From Dehalococcoidia bacterium (lineage in GTDB: Bacteria; Chloroflexota; Dehalococcoidia; UBA2979): a DNA stretch of 64,000 bases. Position 1 is the first letter of the stretch. Each line of letters begins with the position of its first letter. Shown one piece after another: positions 1-8,829 of this stretch. The DNA is taken from assembly GCA_050248355.1 (NCBI GenBank), contig JBFWSN010000005.1, forward strand, positions 37,476 to 101,475, in the 5' to 3' direction. The translations under genes and the position numbers were made by a program. The notes under the pieces were generated by a model that saw only the letters and a program-made list of their open reading frames with translations, made no database searches and was not told where the DNA came from.

Positions 1-247
1 GGACGAGGATCATCCAGCGTCTTCCGCCCTCGGGGTACTGGACATCGAGATGGACGGGGTAGCCTGCGGACTCGGAGGACATAGTCGCGGACATGGTGGC
101 CATCGGGCGCACCTCCTTTCGGACCGTGAAAACGTATCACTTCCGTTAAGGGCGTGGGCAGGGCCGTTCCGCATCTGTATCGGGGGAAGAACGGGCAGCG
201 GGGAGGTCGAACGGCCTCCCCGCTGTTGTCACGCGAACGGACGGGCG

Positions 248-508
248 TCAGGCGGTCTGGGCGAACCAGATCGACGGCTCCCCGGCGACGCCGGCGCCCG
301 CCATCGCACCGTGGAGCTCGGGACTCGCCGCGAAGGCCTGGGCCGCCTCGAGGGACGCGAACTCGTGCGTCACGGTGATGTCGTTCGGGTTGTCCGCGGC
401 GCGGTACACGGCGTGGCCCGTGACGCCGAGCCGAGCCTGGGTGGGGCCGAACTCGTCGTAGACCTTCCGCCATGCCGCGTAGTCCTGCACCTGATGTCGC
501 ACAAACAT
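248..508 (-). CDS. small conserved hypothetical protein, possibly a dimeric alpha+beta barrel; function unknown
   Basis: ORF 248..577 in the track; likely real start at the internal Met (MFVRHQVQDYAAW...). Compact, non-low-complexity composition. Divergent from the MarR gene. Confidence 0.4.
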   Translation of the reverse strand: MFVRHQVQDYAAWRKVYDEFGPTQARLGVTGHAVYRAADNPNDITVTHEFASLEAAQAFAASPELHGAMAGAGVAGEPSIWFAQTA

Positions 509-658
509 GATCGTCACGCTTCGCCTCCTTCTGCTGCGAATGACCGCGCATCCCTCGTACTCGGTGCGCTCGCGCATATTGCTTCATATATATCTGTCTT
601 GTCAACTACTGTCGGTGATGAAATTGCATTGTCTCATTTATATCGATAGGCTAGAGCC
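509..658. promoter_or_regulatory. AT-rich divergent intergenic region, probable promoters and MarR operator
   Basis: Locally AT-rich in a 68% GC genome: ...TTGCTTCATATATATCTGTCTTGTCAACTACTGTCGGTGATGAAATTGCATTGTCTCATTTATATCGATAGG... It contains a semi-palindromic GACAA/TTGTC arrangement and TATAT-type -10-like hexamers immediately upstream of the marR ATG. Confidence 0.35.
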
Positions 659-1132
659 ATGACAGGTACGGCACTGGGGACGGATGGGGCGTGGTTCGAT
701 TCCTGGCGGGGGATCGTGTTCACCCACGCGCGGGTGCTGGATGAGATCGGGCGCCGTCTCGAGGCGCACTCAGGGATCTCGCTCGCGTTCCTCGACGTGC
801 TGGGGCGGCTCTACGACGCCCCCGACCGCCGGCTACGGATGCAGGAGTTGCAGCGGCGGTCGTTGTTCACGCGCAGCGGTATGACACGGGTCGTGGACCG
901 GATCGAGGAGGCAGGGCTCGTCCAGCGCGAGCGAGTGCCCGGCGACCGCCGCGGGGTGTGGGTGGTCATCACGCCCGAGGGCGTCCGGACGTACGAGGCC
1001 GCGATGCGACGGCACACGCGAGACATCGAGGAGGTGTTTGGCGGAACGATGACTGAGGCCGAGCATCGAGCGGTCGGTGACGCGCTCTGGTGGGCGTGGC
1101 ACGACGAGGAGCCGGTGGCACCTTCGGAGTAG
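659..1132 (+). CDS. MarR family transcriptional regulator
   Basis: 157 aa with a winged-helix MarR-like core (..LAFLDVLGRLYDAPDRRLRMQELQRRSLFTRSGMTRVVDRIEEAGLVQRERVPGDRRGVWVVITPEG..). Confidence 0.85.
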   Translation: MTGTALGTDGAWFDSWRGIVFTHARVLDEIGRRLEAHSGISLAFLDVLGRLYDAPDRRLRMQELQRRSLFTRSGMTRVVDRIEEAGLVQRERVPGDRRGVWVVITPEGVRTYEAAMRRHTRDIEEVFGGTMTEAEHRAVGDALWWAWHDEEPVAPSE

Positions 1133-1178
1133 CCACCGACCTCGGAATCGAGGACGGCGGTCGAGGGTGCGAACCCGA

Positions 1179-1877
1179 CTATGCGCTGACGGGGACCGCA
1201 CCGAGGATCGAGAGCCAGATGGCGTTGCCATCCTCGCCGCCGAGGAGCGGGTCACAGGTCCGTTCGGGGTGGGGCATCATGCCGAGGACGTTGCGGCCCT
1301 CGGAGAGCACGCCCGCGATGTTGCGCAGCGACCCGTTCGGATTGGCCTCGGCGGTCACGTTTCCGGCGGCATCGGCGTACCGGAAGGCGACGCGGCCCGC
1401 GGCCTCGAGGGCGTCGAGCGTGGCTTCATCGGCGAAGTAGTTGCCTTCGCCGTGGGAGATGGGCACTTCGAGGACTCGGTCGCGGGCGATGCCTCGCGTG
1501 AACGGGGAGTCGTGCTCGGCCGCCACGAGGTGCGTGGGCTGGCAGCGGAACTGCAGCGAATCGTTGCGCATGAGCACGCCGGGAAGCAAGCCTGCCTCGC
1601 ACAGGATCTGGAAGCCGTTGCAAATGCCGACGACGAGGCCGCCGGCGTCGGCGTGATGGCGGACGGCATCCATCGCGGGTGAGAAGCGAGCAATAGCGCC
1701 GCAGCGGAGGTAGTCGCCGTATGAGAAGCCGCCGGGGAGGACGACGAGCTCGTCCGCGTCGAAGGGGGTGGCGTCGCGGTGCCAGACACGGCGCGAGTCA
1801 ATGCCCACGCGGCTGAGCGCGTAGACGCAGTCTCCGTCGCTCCAGGTGCCGGGAAAGACGAGGACGGCAGCGCGCAT
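1179..1877 (-). CDS. purQ: phosphoribosylformylglycinamidine synthase subunit PurQ (glutamine amidotransferase)
   Basis: Class I GATase motifs (GICNGFQ, catalytic Cys; HPER near the C-terminus). Start taken at the internal MRAAVLVFPG (cat at 1875-1877). The upstream part of track ORF 1179..2099 is Arg/Pro-rich and not coding. Confidence 0.9.
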   Translation of the reverse strand: MRAAVLVFPGTWSDGDCVYALSRVGIDSRRVWHRDATPFDADELVVLPGGFSYGDYLRCGAIARFSPAMDAVRHHADAGGLVVGICNGFQILCEAGLLPGVLMRNDSLQFRCQPTHLVAAEHDSPFTRGIARDRVLEVPISHGEGNYFADEATLDALEAAGRVAFRYADAAGNVTAEANPNGSLRNIAGVLSEGRNVLGMMPHPERTCDPLLGGEDGNAIWLSILGAVPVSA

Positions 1878-1923
1878 CGGAGCCTCCGAGATCGTTGCGA
1901 CCCCAGTATAGAAGCGCGCCCGG

Positions 1924-4173
1924 CTAGGGGCCGCCCTCGGGCGGGTCGGGGGGCCCGCCCGGGCCGGGGCCGGCCGGAAGCTGCGCGCGCGGGCGGGGGA
2001 GACGAGGCCAGCGCGGACCCTCGGAGTCGACCGTGTCGGCGAGCGGTACGCCGCGACGGCTGGCCAGCTCTCGGGCGGTGGGCTCCGGGTACTGGACACG
2101 TGGGTGGTAGACGGAGTTCAGGATCGAAGAATAGACGTCCGTGACGACTCGCAGGTCGCGCATCGAGATGGGACTCTCGTCGAACTGCCCTTCCTCGAGC
2201 CGTTCGCGGATCACGGCCTCGACGATGCTGCGAATGCGGTCGGCGGAGCGGTCGGCGGAAGCGCGGACGGTCGCCTCGGCCGAATCGGCAAGCATGACGA
2301 GGGCGGTCTCGCGGGACTGCGGCTTCGGGCCGGGGTAACGGAACATTTCCGGGTCGATGTCGGGGTCGATCGAGGCGGCGCGACGGTAGAAGTACGTGAC
2401 CAGGCGTGTGCCGTGGTGCTGGGGGATGAACTGCACGACGGCGTCGGGCAGGCCCTCGCGGCGCGCGATCTCAACGCCCGCGGTGACGTGTTGCAGGATC
2501 ACGCGGGTGCTCTGGAGCGGGTCGAGCGGCTGGTGCGGGCTCTCCTCGCCGCTGTTCTCGATGAAGAACGGCGGCGCCACGAGCTTGCCGATGTCGTGGT
2601 AGTAGGACCCGATGCGGACCAACAGCGGGTCTGCGCCGATGCGTTCGGCGGCGCGCTCGGCGAGGTTGCCGACGAGGATCGAGTGCTGGAAGGTGCCCGG
2701 CGCCTCGTCCTGCAGACGCCGGAGGAGCGGATGGCTGAGCTGCGTGAGCTCCATCAATTCGACGCGGGTGATGATGCCGAACGGCCGGCTAAACAGCACG
2801 AACACTCCGACGGCGATGAGGGCGGCGAGAACCCCGCTGACGCCGACGGCAACCGCCATCCAGAGGAGGTCGAGACTTCCGCGTTCGACCTCGACGAGCC
2901 ACACCATGAGGAGCGCGGCGCCGGCGGCGGCGCCCGAGGCGAGCCCGGCGACCAGATAGCGGTGCAGCCGCTCGGCTCGGGCGGCGACGTACACGCCGGC
3001 GAGCGAAGAGGCGGAGACGGTCAGGGCCAGCCTCGCGGTCTCGATCTCGCCGGCCGCGACCCCATGGCTCAGCGGGAGCATCACGGACGCGAACGCGGCG
3101 ATGACCGCGAGGAGCACCGAGAGCAGGATGCCGAGTCCGACATCGAGGAGGACGGCGGCAGCCATGGGCGCCGCGGCGACCGGCAGCGCGTACGCCACGA
3201 AATGGCGGTCCTGGTCGGGGAGCAGGACGGAGAGCGCAAGCTTCATCGCGAAGGCAGGCAGCACCAGCAACAGCACGAGCAGCGTCACGCGGCGCGCGCT
3301 CGCGAGCGATGCGGGCTGGGTGACGAGGACGTAGCCACCCACCGCGGTGCCCGCGACGGCAGCCAGGAGGGCGACGGCGAGGACGTCACTCACGCGGACA
3401 CCATCGACCTGTAACCCGGCCTCCTCGAGGAGTTCGATGTCGGCGGCGGTGAGCTGCTGGCCCTCGGTGACAAGGACATCGCCTCGCGCGCGGCTGACAT
3501 GCACGGGGGGCGTGCTCTGCCGGGCCTCGGCCCGGAGCGCGTTCGTGCGTGCGGAGTCCACGACAAGCGTCGAGACGATGTGCCCCGAGAGCAGCTCCGT
3601 GAGGGCCGAGATCTGGGCGGGTGACAGGAACGGCGAGAGGAAGCCCGAGACCTGTTCCCGCGCCAGGGGGAGGTCTCGCTCCTGGAGCGTGCCGGCTAGC
3701 GCGCGGCCCAGGGCGGCGGTGGCCTCGGTGACCATGGTGTCCCACTCGGCGGCAGTCGCGGAGGCGAACGTCGCCGCGGCGGATGGAGAGAGTTCGACAT
3801 CCCGGACGGCGCGTATGGCGCTCTCACGCGCGGAGGCCGCGAGGCCGGGCTCATCACGGATGCCGCGGATGGCGGACAGCTGGCTGTCGAGGAGCGTGAG
3901 CTGGCGGTCGCGGACCGTGGGGTCGAGGACGAAGACATCGGGGACGGCCGCCGCGGCCTCGGCGCGCACCTGCTCGGTGCGGATGGCGGAGTCGAATGAC
4001 AGCGCGCGAGGCGAGGTGAGCGTCCAGGGCGCGCGATCCCCCTCGGTCACATCGGTGCCGAGCGGGTACCACGGGAACACCGCCACCAGCACTCCAACGG
4101 CCACGATGAAGCCGAGGAAGAGGCTCGCGCCGCTGGAGAAACGGAAGGCCGGGGCAGGCGGGCGGGCTAGCAT
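1924..4173 (-). CDS. 7TM receptor with intracellular HD hydrolase (PgpH/YqfF-like HD phosphohydrolase, candidate c-di-AMP phosphodiesterase)
   Basis: 749 aa: N-terminal extracellular region, a multi-TM hydrophobic core, and a C-terminal HD domain (YYHDIGKL...HHG). Bacillus-like synteny with yqeY and rpsU. Confidence 0.85.
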   Translation of the reverse strand: MLARPPAPAFRFSSGASLFLGFIVAVGVLVAVFPWYPLGTDVTEGDRAPWTLTSPRALSFDSAIRTEQVRAEAAAAVPDVFVLDPTVRDRQLTLLDSQLSAIRGIRDEPGLAASARESAIRAVRDVELSPSAAATFASATAAEWDTMVTEATAALGRALAGTLQERDLPLAREQVSGFLSPFLSPAQISALTELLSGHIVSTLVVDSARTNALRAEARQSTPPVHVSRARGDVLVTEGQQLTAADIELLEEAGLQVDGVRVSDVLAVALLAAVAGTAVGGYVLVTQPASLASARRVTLLVLLLVLPAFAMKLALSVLLPDQDRHFVAYALPVAAAPMAAAVLLDVGLGILLSVLLAVIAAFASVMLPLSHGVAAGEIETARLALTVSASSLAGVYVAARAERLHRYLVAGLASGAAAGAALLMVWLVEVERGSLDLLWMAVAVGVSGVLAALIAVGVFVLFSRPFGIITRVELMELTQLSHPLLRRLQDEAPGTFQHSILVGNLAERAAERIGADPLLVRIGSYYHDIGKLVAPPFFIENSGEESPHQPLDPLQSTRVILQHVTAGVEIARREGLPDAVVQFIPQHHGTRLVTYFYRRAASIDPDIDPEMFRYPGPKPQSRETALVMLADSAEATVRASADRSADRIRSIVEAVIRERLEEGQFDESPISMRDLRVVTDVYSSILNSVYHPRVQYPEPTARELASRRGVPLADTVDSEGPRWPRLPRPRAQLPAGPGPGGPPDPPEGGP

Positions 4174-4201
4174 GAGCGGGTGCGCCGCGGACGCCGGGGA
4201 G

Positions 4202-4654
4202 TCATGTAGAAGAGGCTAGCATCTCCCGAACCAGGGCGTTGACTCGACCGCCCTCGGCGCGCCCCGCGACGCGTTTCATGAGCGGGCCCATTACCTTGCC
4301 GAGGTCGCCCGGACCGACGGCACCAGCCTCGGTGATCGCCTCGCGCACGAGGGTCTCGAGCTCCTCGTCCGTGAGGTCGGCCGGGAGATAGGAGGCGATG
4401 ATCGCGAGCTCCGCCTCCTCGTGGTCAACGAGGTCCTGCCGGCCGCCCGCGTGGTACTGCTCAATGGAGTCACGACGCTGGCGGGCCTCCCGCTGGAGTG
4501 CAGCGACGGCCTCCTGATCCGTGAGGTCGTGGCCGGCGGCGATGCGAGCGTAGTCGAGGGCAGCGATCAGCAGCCGGAGCGTGTCGCGCCGGCTGGCGTC
4601 CCCGGCGCGCCAGGCGGCGGTCATGTCATCCCGGATGGTCTGCACGAGTGGCAT
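4202..4654 (-). CDS. GatB/YqeY domain protein
   Basis: Start at the internal MPLVQTIRDDMTAAWRAGD. YqeY-like helical protein immediately upstream (minus strand) of rpsU, as in Bacillus. Confidence 0.8.
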   Translation of the reverse strand: MPLVQTIRDDMTAAWRAGDASRRDTLRLLIAALDYARIAAGHDLTDQEAVAALQREARQRRDSIEQYHAGGRQDLVDHEEAELAIIASYLPADLTDEELETLVREAITEAGAVGPGDLGKVMGPLMKRVAGRAEGGRVNALVREMLASST

Positions 4655-4702
4655 CGACGGGCCTCGAGAAAGCAGAACCCCGGCTGCGCCGGGGTCCACC
4701 AG

Positions 4703-4909
4703 TTAGCGCTGGCGCGCGGCCTGCGTGCGGATGGCCTTGCGCAGCTTGCGGATGCGGGCGGCTTCCTTCTTCTTGCGGCGTACGGAAGGCTTCTCGTAGT
4801 ACTCGTGCCGCCGGGCATCCGAGAGGATGCCATCCGCCTGGACGCGCTTGTTGAAGCGCTTGAGGGCGGACTCCAGGGATTCCATGTCTCCGACTTGAAC
4901 TTCGCTCAC
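4703..4909 (-). CDS. rpsU: 30S ribosomal protein S21
   Basis: [58 protein letters not shown] start at 4909 preceded by GGAGGAG. Confidence 0.85.
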   Translation of the reverse strand: MSEVQVGDMESLESALKRFNKRVQADGILSDARRHEYYEKPSVRRKKKEAARIRKLRKAIRTQAARQR

Positions 4910-4973
4910 TTCGTCTCCTCCACCTCCTTCCATCGGTCACCGCGGTCAACGCGGCGCGTCGCCCCGGACTTCG

Positions 4974-5003
4974 ATCGTAGGAGGGGTCTTCGAGCCGCGT
5001 CAA
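4974..5003 (-). promoter_or_regulatory. putative sigma-70-type promoter of rpsU (TTGACG-N18-TACGAT on the minus strand)
   Basis: The minus strand reads gtTTGACGcggctcgaagacccctccTACGATcg about 60 nt upstream of the rpsU GTG. Confidence 0.35.
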
Positions 5004-5021
5004 ACGCCCCGGGAGACGAGA

Positions 5022-5044
5022 CAGGAGACGCAACGCGTCTCCTG
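5022..5044 (-). terminator. hairpin terminator candidate at the end of the cytochrome bc operon
   Basis: Perfect 10-bp stem CAGGAGACGC / GCGTCTCCTG with a 3-nt loop. On the minus strand it is followed by UCUCGUCUCC, directly after the stop of the last small ORF (5068). Confidence 0.4.
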
Positions 5045-5067
5045 CGCTCCCGAACGCCGCCGCCGAT

Positions 5068-5211
5068 TTAGTCGGCCGAGGGCAGCACCTTCGGCTGGAG
5101 CTCCTCGAGGCCACGGCCGTCGATGTTCAGGTTGCAGTTGCCGGGCTTGATGCAGAGCACCTCGACACCGGACAGCTCGTCTTTGTAACGCTTACCGAGT
5201 GCAACAGCCAT
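5068..5211 (-). CDS. small desulforedoxin-like protein, degenerate paralog (47 aa), absent from the ORF track
   Basis: MAVALGKRYKDELSGVEVLCIKPGNCNLNIDGRGLEELQPKVLPSAD. Strong SD AGGGGGCAGG precedes the ATG. Paralogous to the adjacent 39-aa ORF (GKRY...G.L.C core), with the N-terminal CxxC replaced by D..S. Confidence 0.45.
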   Translation of the reverse strand: MAVALGKRYKDELSGVEVLCIKPGNCNLNIDGRGLEELQPKVLPSAD

Positions 5212-5223
5212 TGAACCTGCCCC

Positions 5224-5343
5224 CTACAGCTGAACGAGATCGGTGTTGTCGCAGCCGCGAAGTTCGCCCTCGCCACCACGAGTGACGATGAACTCAGCGT
5301 TGCAAACGGTGCAACGGTAGCGCTTGCCTGTGACTACGGGCAT
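5224..5343 (-). CDS. small desulforedoxin (Dx)-like metal-binding protein (39 aa), absent from the ORF track
   Basis: MPVVTGKRYRCTVCNAEFIVTRGGEGELRGCDNTDLVQL aligns with the desulforedoxin fold pattern (Y.C..C...V.V..GG..L.C). Strong SD AAGGGGGAA. Begins 64 nt after the cytochrome c stop. Confidence 0.5.
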   Translation of the reverse strand: MPVVTGKRYRCTVCNAEFIVTRGGEGELRGCDNTDLVQL

Positions 5344-5406
5344 TGTTCCCCCTTCGCCCACCCCTGGGCAGATTCCACGCCGCGGCCCGTGCGGACTCGC
5401 GTCGCC

Positions 5407-6333
5407 CTACTCCACGGACTTGATGTACTCCACGAGTGCCGCCACCTGGTCGTCGGTCAGGCTTGCGAATGCCGGCATCACGGGCGCGAACCCCTTTACG
5501 ATCTTCGCGCTGGGGTTCTTGATCGATTCCGTCAGGAACGCATCGTCGGCGGTCACGGTAGAGCCATCCGCGAGCTCCACTTGCGCGCCCGCGAGGCCCT
5601 TCCAAGTCGGGCCGGTGCTGTTCACGCCGGTGACGGTGTGGCAGCCGACGCAGCCGTTCGAGGTCGCAAGTTGCTTGCCCTGCGAGACGAGGTCGCTGCC
5701 GCCATCGGCGCCGGGCGTGCCGGTCGGCTCGGGCGTCCCAGTCGCGAACGGGTCGCGGCTGCGGAACGGCGCTGCCGTCTCAGCGTTGAACTGGCCGCAG
5801 TTCTTCTGGGTGACACCGGAGAGGCTAGCGGGATCGGCGAGGATGTCCTCCTCGGTCTGACCCGTCTCCTCATCGTGCTCGGCACCGATCTCGTGGAGCA
5901 CGTCCCAGTACCCGCCCGTGATCATCGTCACGATCTGGTTAATCTGAGTGTCAGACAGGGTCCCACCGAAGCGCTGACCCCACATTGGCATGAACGTGCC
6001 GGTGCGACCGCACGCGATGGTGTTGAAGAGGTAGTTCCGGATGTCAGTCGCCTGGCCGTCGGGCGTGGCGGGCAGGCCGAACTCGTTGTCCTCCTCGAGG
6101 ATCAGGTATGCGCCGCTGTTGAGGGCGGGTCCAATGTGCCCCTCGCCCTCGAGGCCGTGACAGCTGCGGCAGTTATTCACGAAGAGGCGCGCGCCGCGCT
6201 CGGCGATGCGCTCGTTGATCTCCTCGGTGGCGTGCACCTGGCGGTTGCTCTCGTTCAGCATGTAGCCGCCGAAGAGGAGGATGGACAGCAGCACCACGCC
6301 GATCATGATGTTGACTTGTTTGCTGGTGTTCAT
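5407..6333 (-). CDS. membrane-anchored di-haem cytochrome c of the bc complex
   Basis: Two CxxCH haem-binding motifs (CRSCH, CVGCH) plus an N-terminal TM helix. Last large gene of the b6-subunit IV-Rieske-cytochrome c operon. Confidence 0.85.
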   Translation of the reverse strand: MNTSKQVNIMIGVVLLSILLFGGYMLNESNRQVHATEEINERIAERGARLFVNNCRSCHGLEGEGHIGPALNSGAYLILEEDNEFGLPATPDGQATDIRNYLFNTIACGRTGTFMPMWGQRFGGTLSDTQINQIVTMITGGYWDVLHEIGAEHDEETGQTEEDILADPASLSGVTQKNCGQFNAETAAPFRSRDPFATGTPEPTGTPGADGGSDLVSQGKQLATSNGCVGCHTVTGVNSTGPTWKGLAGAQVELADGSTVTADDAFLTESIKNPSAKIVKGFAPVMPAFASLTDDQVAALVEYIKSVE

Positions 6334-6375
6334 CTTGCTGCCATTCCGCTTGCTTCGGCTGGTTCCGCGCGCTGC

Positions 6376-7068
6376 CTAGCTCGGCAGCTGCGGGTGCTGG
6401 ACGGCTCGTTGCGGGTTATTGACGCCGCCTGACTCGCGAGCGCCGGTGTTCACCGTGATGTTCCCGGCGCCATCGATGCTGATGGCCATGGTGTCCATCG
6501 AGCGGGGCGCGGGACCGAACACGCGCACGCCGGCCTTGGTGTAGGTAGAGCCGTGGCACGGGCAGCGGAACCAGCCCTGATCGCCCTCGTAGGTGAATTC
6601 GGGCCGCCAGGGTACCGTGCAACCGAGGTGCGGGCACTTGTGCCACAGGGCGAGGAGGCCGGCACCGCCGCCGGAACCGCCCAGGCGGGATTCGCCGGGA
6701 TCCAGGTTCACGAGGAAGAACTGGCCATCCGGGAAGTGCTTCGGGTCGCCGCCCAGCGGGTACTCGGAGACGTTGCCACCCGGCACCGGACCACCGAACC
6801 CCTTCACGTTGCGGGGGTAGAGATAGTCGAGCAAGAAGCCGACGGAGCCGAGGAGAGCGAGGCCAAGGCCACCGAGGAACGAGCCACGAATGAAGGTACG
6901 GCGGGAAACATCGGGGTCCTGGCGCGAGGCCTGAGCGCCCGGCACGGCCTGACCTGCGGCCTGCTGGGTGCGGCGGGTGGCGATCGCCTGGCGCCAGGCA
7001 TCGCCGCTCTCGCCGGCGGCCGGCGAAGCGCCGATGCCGGCGCCACTGCTGTCGGCTGCGTTCGTCAT
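6376..7068 (-). CDS. Rieske [2Fe-2S] iron-sulfur subunit of the cytochrome bc complex
   Basis: Rieske boxes CPHLGC...CPCHGS, Tat-type signal SRRTFIRGSF and a TM anchor. The track ORF starts with TTG at 7122; ATG at 7068 is preferred because it has a GAGGGGG SD. Confidence 0.9.
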   Translation of the reverse strand: MTNAADSSGAGIGASPAAGESGDAWRQAIATRRTQQAAGQAVPGAQASRQDPDVSRRTFIRGSFLGGLGLALLGSVGFLLDYLYPRNVKGFGGPVPGGNVSEYPLGGDPKHFPDGQFFLVNLDPGESRLGGSGGGAGLLALWHKCPHLGCTVPWRPEFTYEGDQGWFRCPCHGSTYTKAGVRVFGPAPRSMDTMAISIDGAGNITVNTGARESGGVNNPQRAVQHPQLPS

Positions 7069-7135
7069 CCCTGACGCCCCCTCAAGTGCTCGTCTCCACC
7101 GCCCGAGAGCGGTGACTGTCAAACGGCGCCCGCTC

Positions 7136-8017
7136 CTAAGAGACGGGCGTCTTCACCTCCCAGAACGGAAGGAGCTCCATGCCCTGACCTCGGAACGCGG
7201 TGCCGATGATGGTCATCAGGACGTACACCGCGATGAACCCGGAGAACTGGAGGATCATGTGGTCGCGCCTGGTCCGCGCAAGACCGACTTTCCAGGCGAC
7301 AGCGGACAGGATCAAAGGCAGACCGACCATCAACGAGACCGGAATGATCTGCTGCACGATCAACGCGGGAATGTTGACATCCAGGTCGATCGCGGGCAGC
7401 CCGAGGAGGTCCGTGCGAAGCACCTTCTCGCCGATCGGGACGGTACGCCAGCTCTCGGGCCAGGCGATTTCCTTGTCGAGTGCCGTGGCACTGCGGAGCC
7501 AGTTGAGCTTCGCAGGCCAGTCCGCCTCGGTGTTCCCGGTGAGCTTGGCCCAGAGGACGACGTGCTTGCCGCCGTCCCAGAAGATCAGGAGCAGCGTGCC
7601 GACGGTGCCGACGACAGCACCGACGACCGTGTTGGCGATGGCCCGCGGAGTGCCGAACCACTCGCCCTGCCCCTCGTTCGAGCGGTCGAAGTAGGGGATC
7701 GCGCCGAGGGCGACCAGGGCGACCGTGGGGACGATGACTCCGGCGAGGGCCGGGTGCATGTGGAGCAGCAGCTCCTGAAGGTTCAGGAAGTACCAAGGCG
7801 CCTTCGCGGGGTTCGGGGTGACCGTCGGGTTCGCGCGGTCGAGCAGGGGCGCGTTAATCGCGACGGACAGCGCGAAGATCGTGACCGTGAAGAGGACGGC
7901 GGCGATGAACTCGATGAATACGAGGTCGGGCCAGACGAGGAGTTCCTCGTCCCGCTGCCGCTTCGCGCGGCCGCGTACGGCCTGGGAGGCAGCCTGCTCC
8001 TGAGTCGCGGAGACCAT
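7136..8017 (-). CDS. cytochrome bc complex subunit IV (cytochrome b C-terminal-domain protein, PetD-like)
   Basis: 293 aa. The PetD/cyt b C-terminal-like core (PWYFLNLQELL..) sits immediately downstream of the split cytochrome b6 gene. Confidence 0.85.
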   Translation of the reverse strand: MVSATQEQAASQAVRGRAKRQRDEELLVWPDLVFIEFIAAVLFTVTIFALSVAINAPLLDRANPTVTPNPAKAPWYFLNLQELLLHMHPALAGVIVPTVALVALGAIPYFDRSNEGQGEWFGTPRAIANTVVGAVVGTVGTLLLIFWDGGKHVVLWAKLTGNTEADWPAKLNWLRSATALDKEIAWPESWRTVPIGEKVLRTDLLGLPAIDLDVNIPALIVQQIIPVSLMVGLPLILSAVAWKVGLARTRRDHMILQFSGFIAVYVLMTIIGTAFRGQGMELLPFWEVKTPVS

Positions 8018-8038
8018 CGATGTGTCCCTTCGCCTCGG

Positions 8039-8794
8039 CTACAGCGGCCGGGCCAGGCCGCCGTCGCGGCGGATGCGCCAGAAGTGCACGGCCATGAACA
8101 CCGCCGCGAGCAGCGGGAGCGCGATGACGTGCAGCGTGTAGAAGCGGATGAGCGCGGACGGGCCGACCTCGTAACCGCCGATGAGCGCGAAGCGGTTGGG
8201 TTCACCAAGGATGGGGGCGGATCCCACCATGTTGGTGCCGACGGTGATGGCCCAGAATGCGAGCTGGTCCCACGGCAGCAGGTAGCCCGTGAAGGAGAGC
8301 AGCAGCGTCAGGACGAGCAGTACGACGCCCACGACCCAGTTGAACTCCCGGGGCGGCTTGTACGCGCCCGTGTAGAACACGCGCATCATGTGCATGAGCA
8401 CCATGATCACCATGCCGTGCGCCATCCAGCGATGCATGTTGCGCATCAGGATGCCGAACCGGACATCCGTCTCCAGGCGAAGGATGTCCTCGTACGCTCG
8501 TTCGACCGAGGGCACGTAGTAGAACATCAACAGGACGCCGGAGATGGTCAGACCGAGGAAGAGGAAGAACGACAGCCCGCCGAGGCAGTACGTGTGCGTG
8601 ATCTTCACGTGAGTGCGATGGATACGGGTCGGGTGCAGGTGCAGGAAGACGTTCGTGGCGACGACCAGCATCTGGTTGCGCGGCGTGTTCGGGTAGCCGG
8701 ACCGGAAGATGGACCGCCAGAGCGTGTTATGGAACAGGATGTCGTACGCCCGGTCTCCCAGGCTGCGCGACTCCGGGCGCTCTCTCGTCGCCAT
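8039..8794 (-). CDS. cytochrome b6-type subunit (N-terminal cytochrome b, 4 TM, bis-His haem ligation)
   Basis: 251 aa with conserved cytochrome b motifs (...[40 protein letters not shown]..., [10 protein letters not shown]). A split b/subunit IV arrangement as in b6f/b6c complexes. Confidence 0.9.
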   Translation of the reverse strand: MATRERPESRSLGDRAYDILFHNTLWRSIFRSGYPNTPRNQMLVVATNVFLHLHPTRIHRTHVKITHTYCLGGLSFFLFLGLTISGVLLMFYYVPSVERAYEDILRLETDVRFGILMRNMHRWMAHGMVIMVLMHMMRVFYTGAYKPPREFNWVVGVVLLVLTLLLSFTGYLLPWDQLAFWAITVGTNMVGSAPILGEPNRFALIGGYEVGPSALIRFYTLHVIALPLLAAVFMAVHFWRIRRDGGLARPL

Positions 8795-8829
8795 TCGATA
8801 CTCCTCGCCTACGGTGAGCTACCGAGGGC

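Noticed and set aside
1133-1178. Short imperfect hairpin between the convergent marR and purQ genes
   Set aside because: The stem is only 5-6 bp with mismatches. Too weak to call a terminator.
2104-3414. 436-aa plus-strand ORF overlapping the 7TM-HD gene
   Set aside because: Antisense to a well-supported membrane protein gene. The translation is Arg/Asp/Gly-rich low complexity, typical of wrong-frame ORFs in 68% GC DNA.
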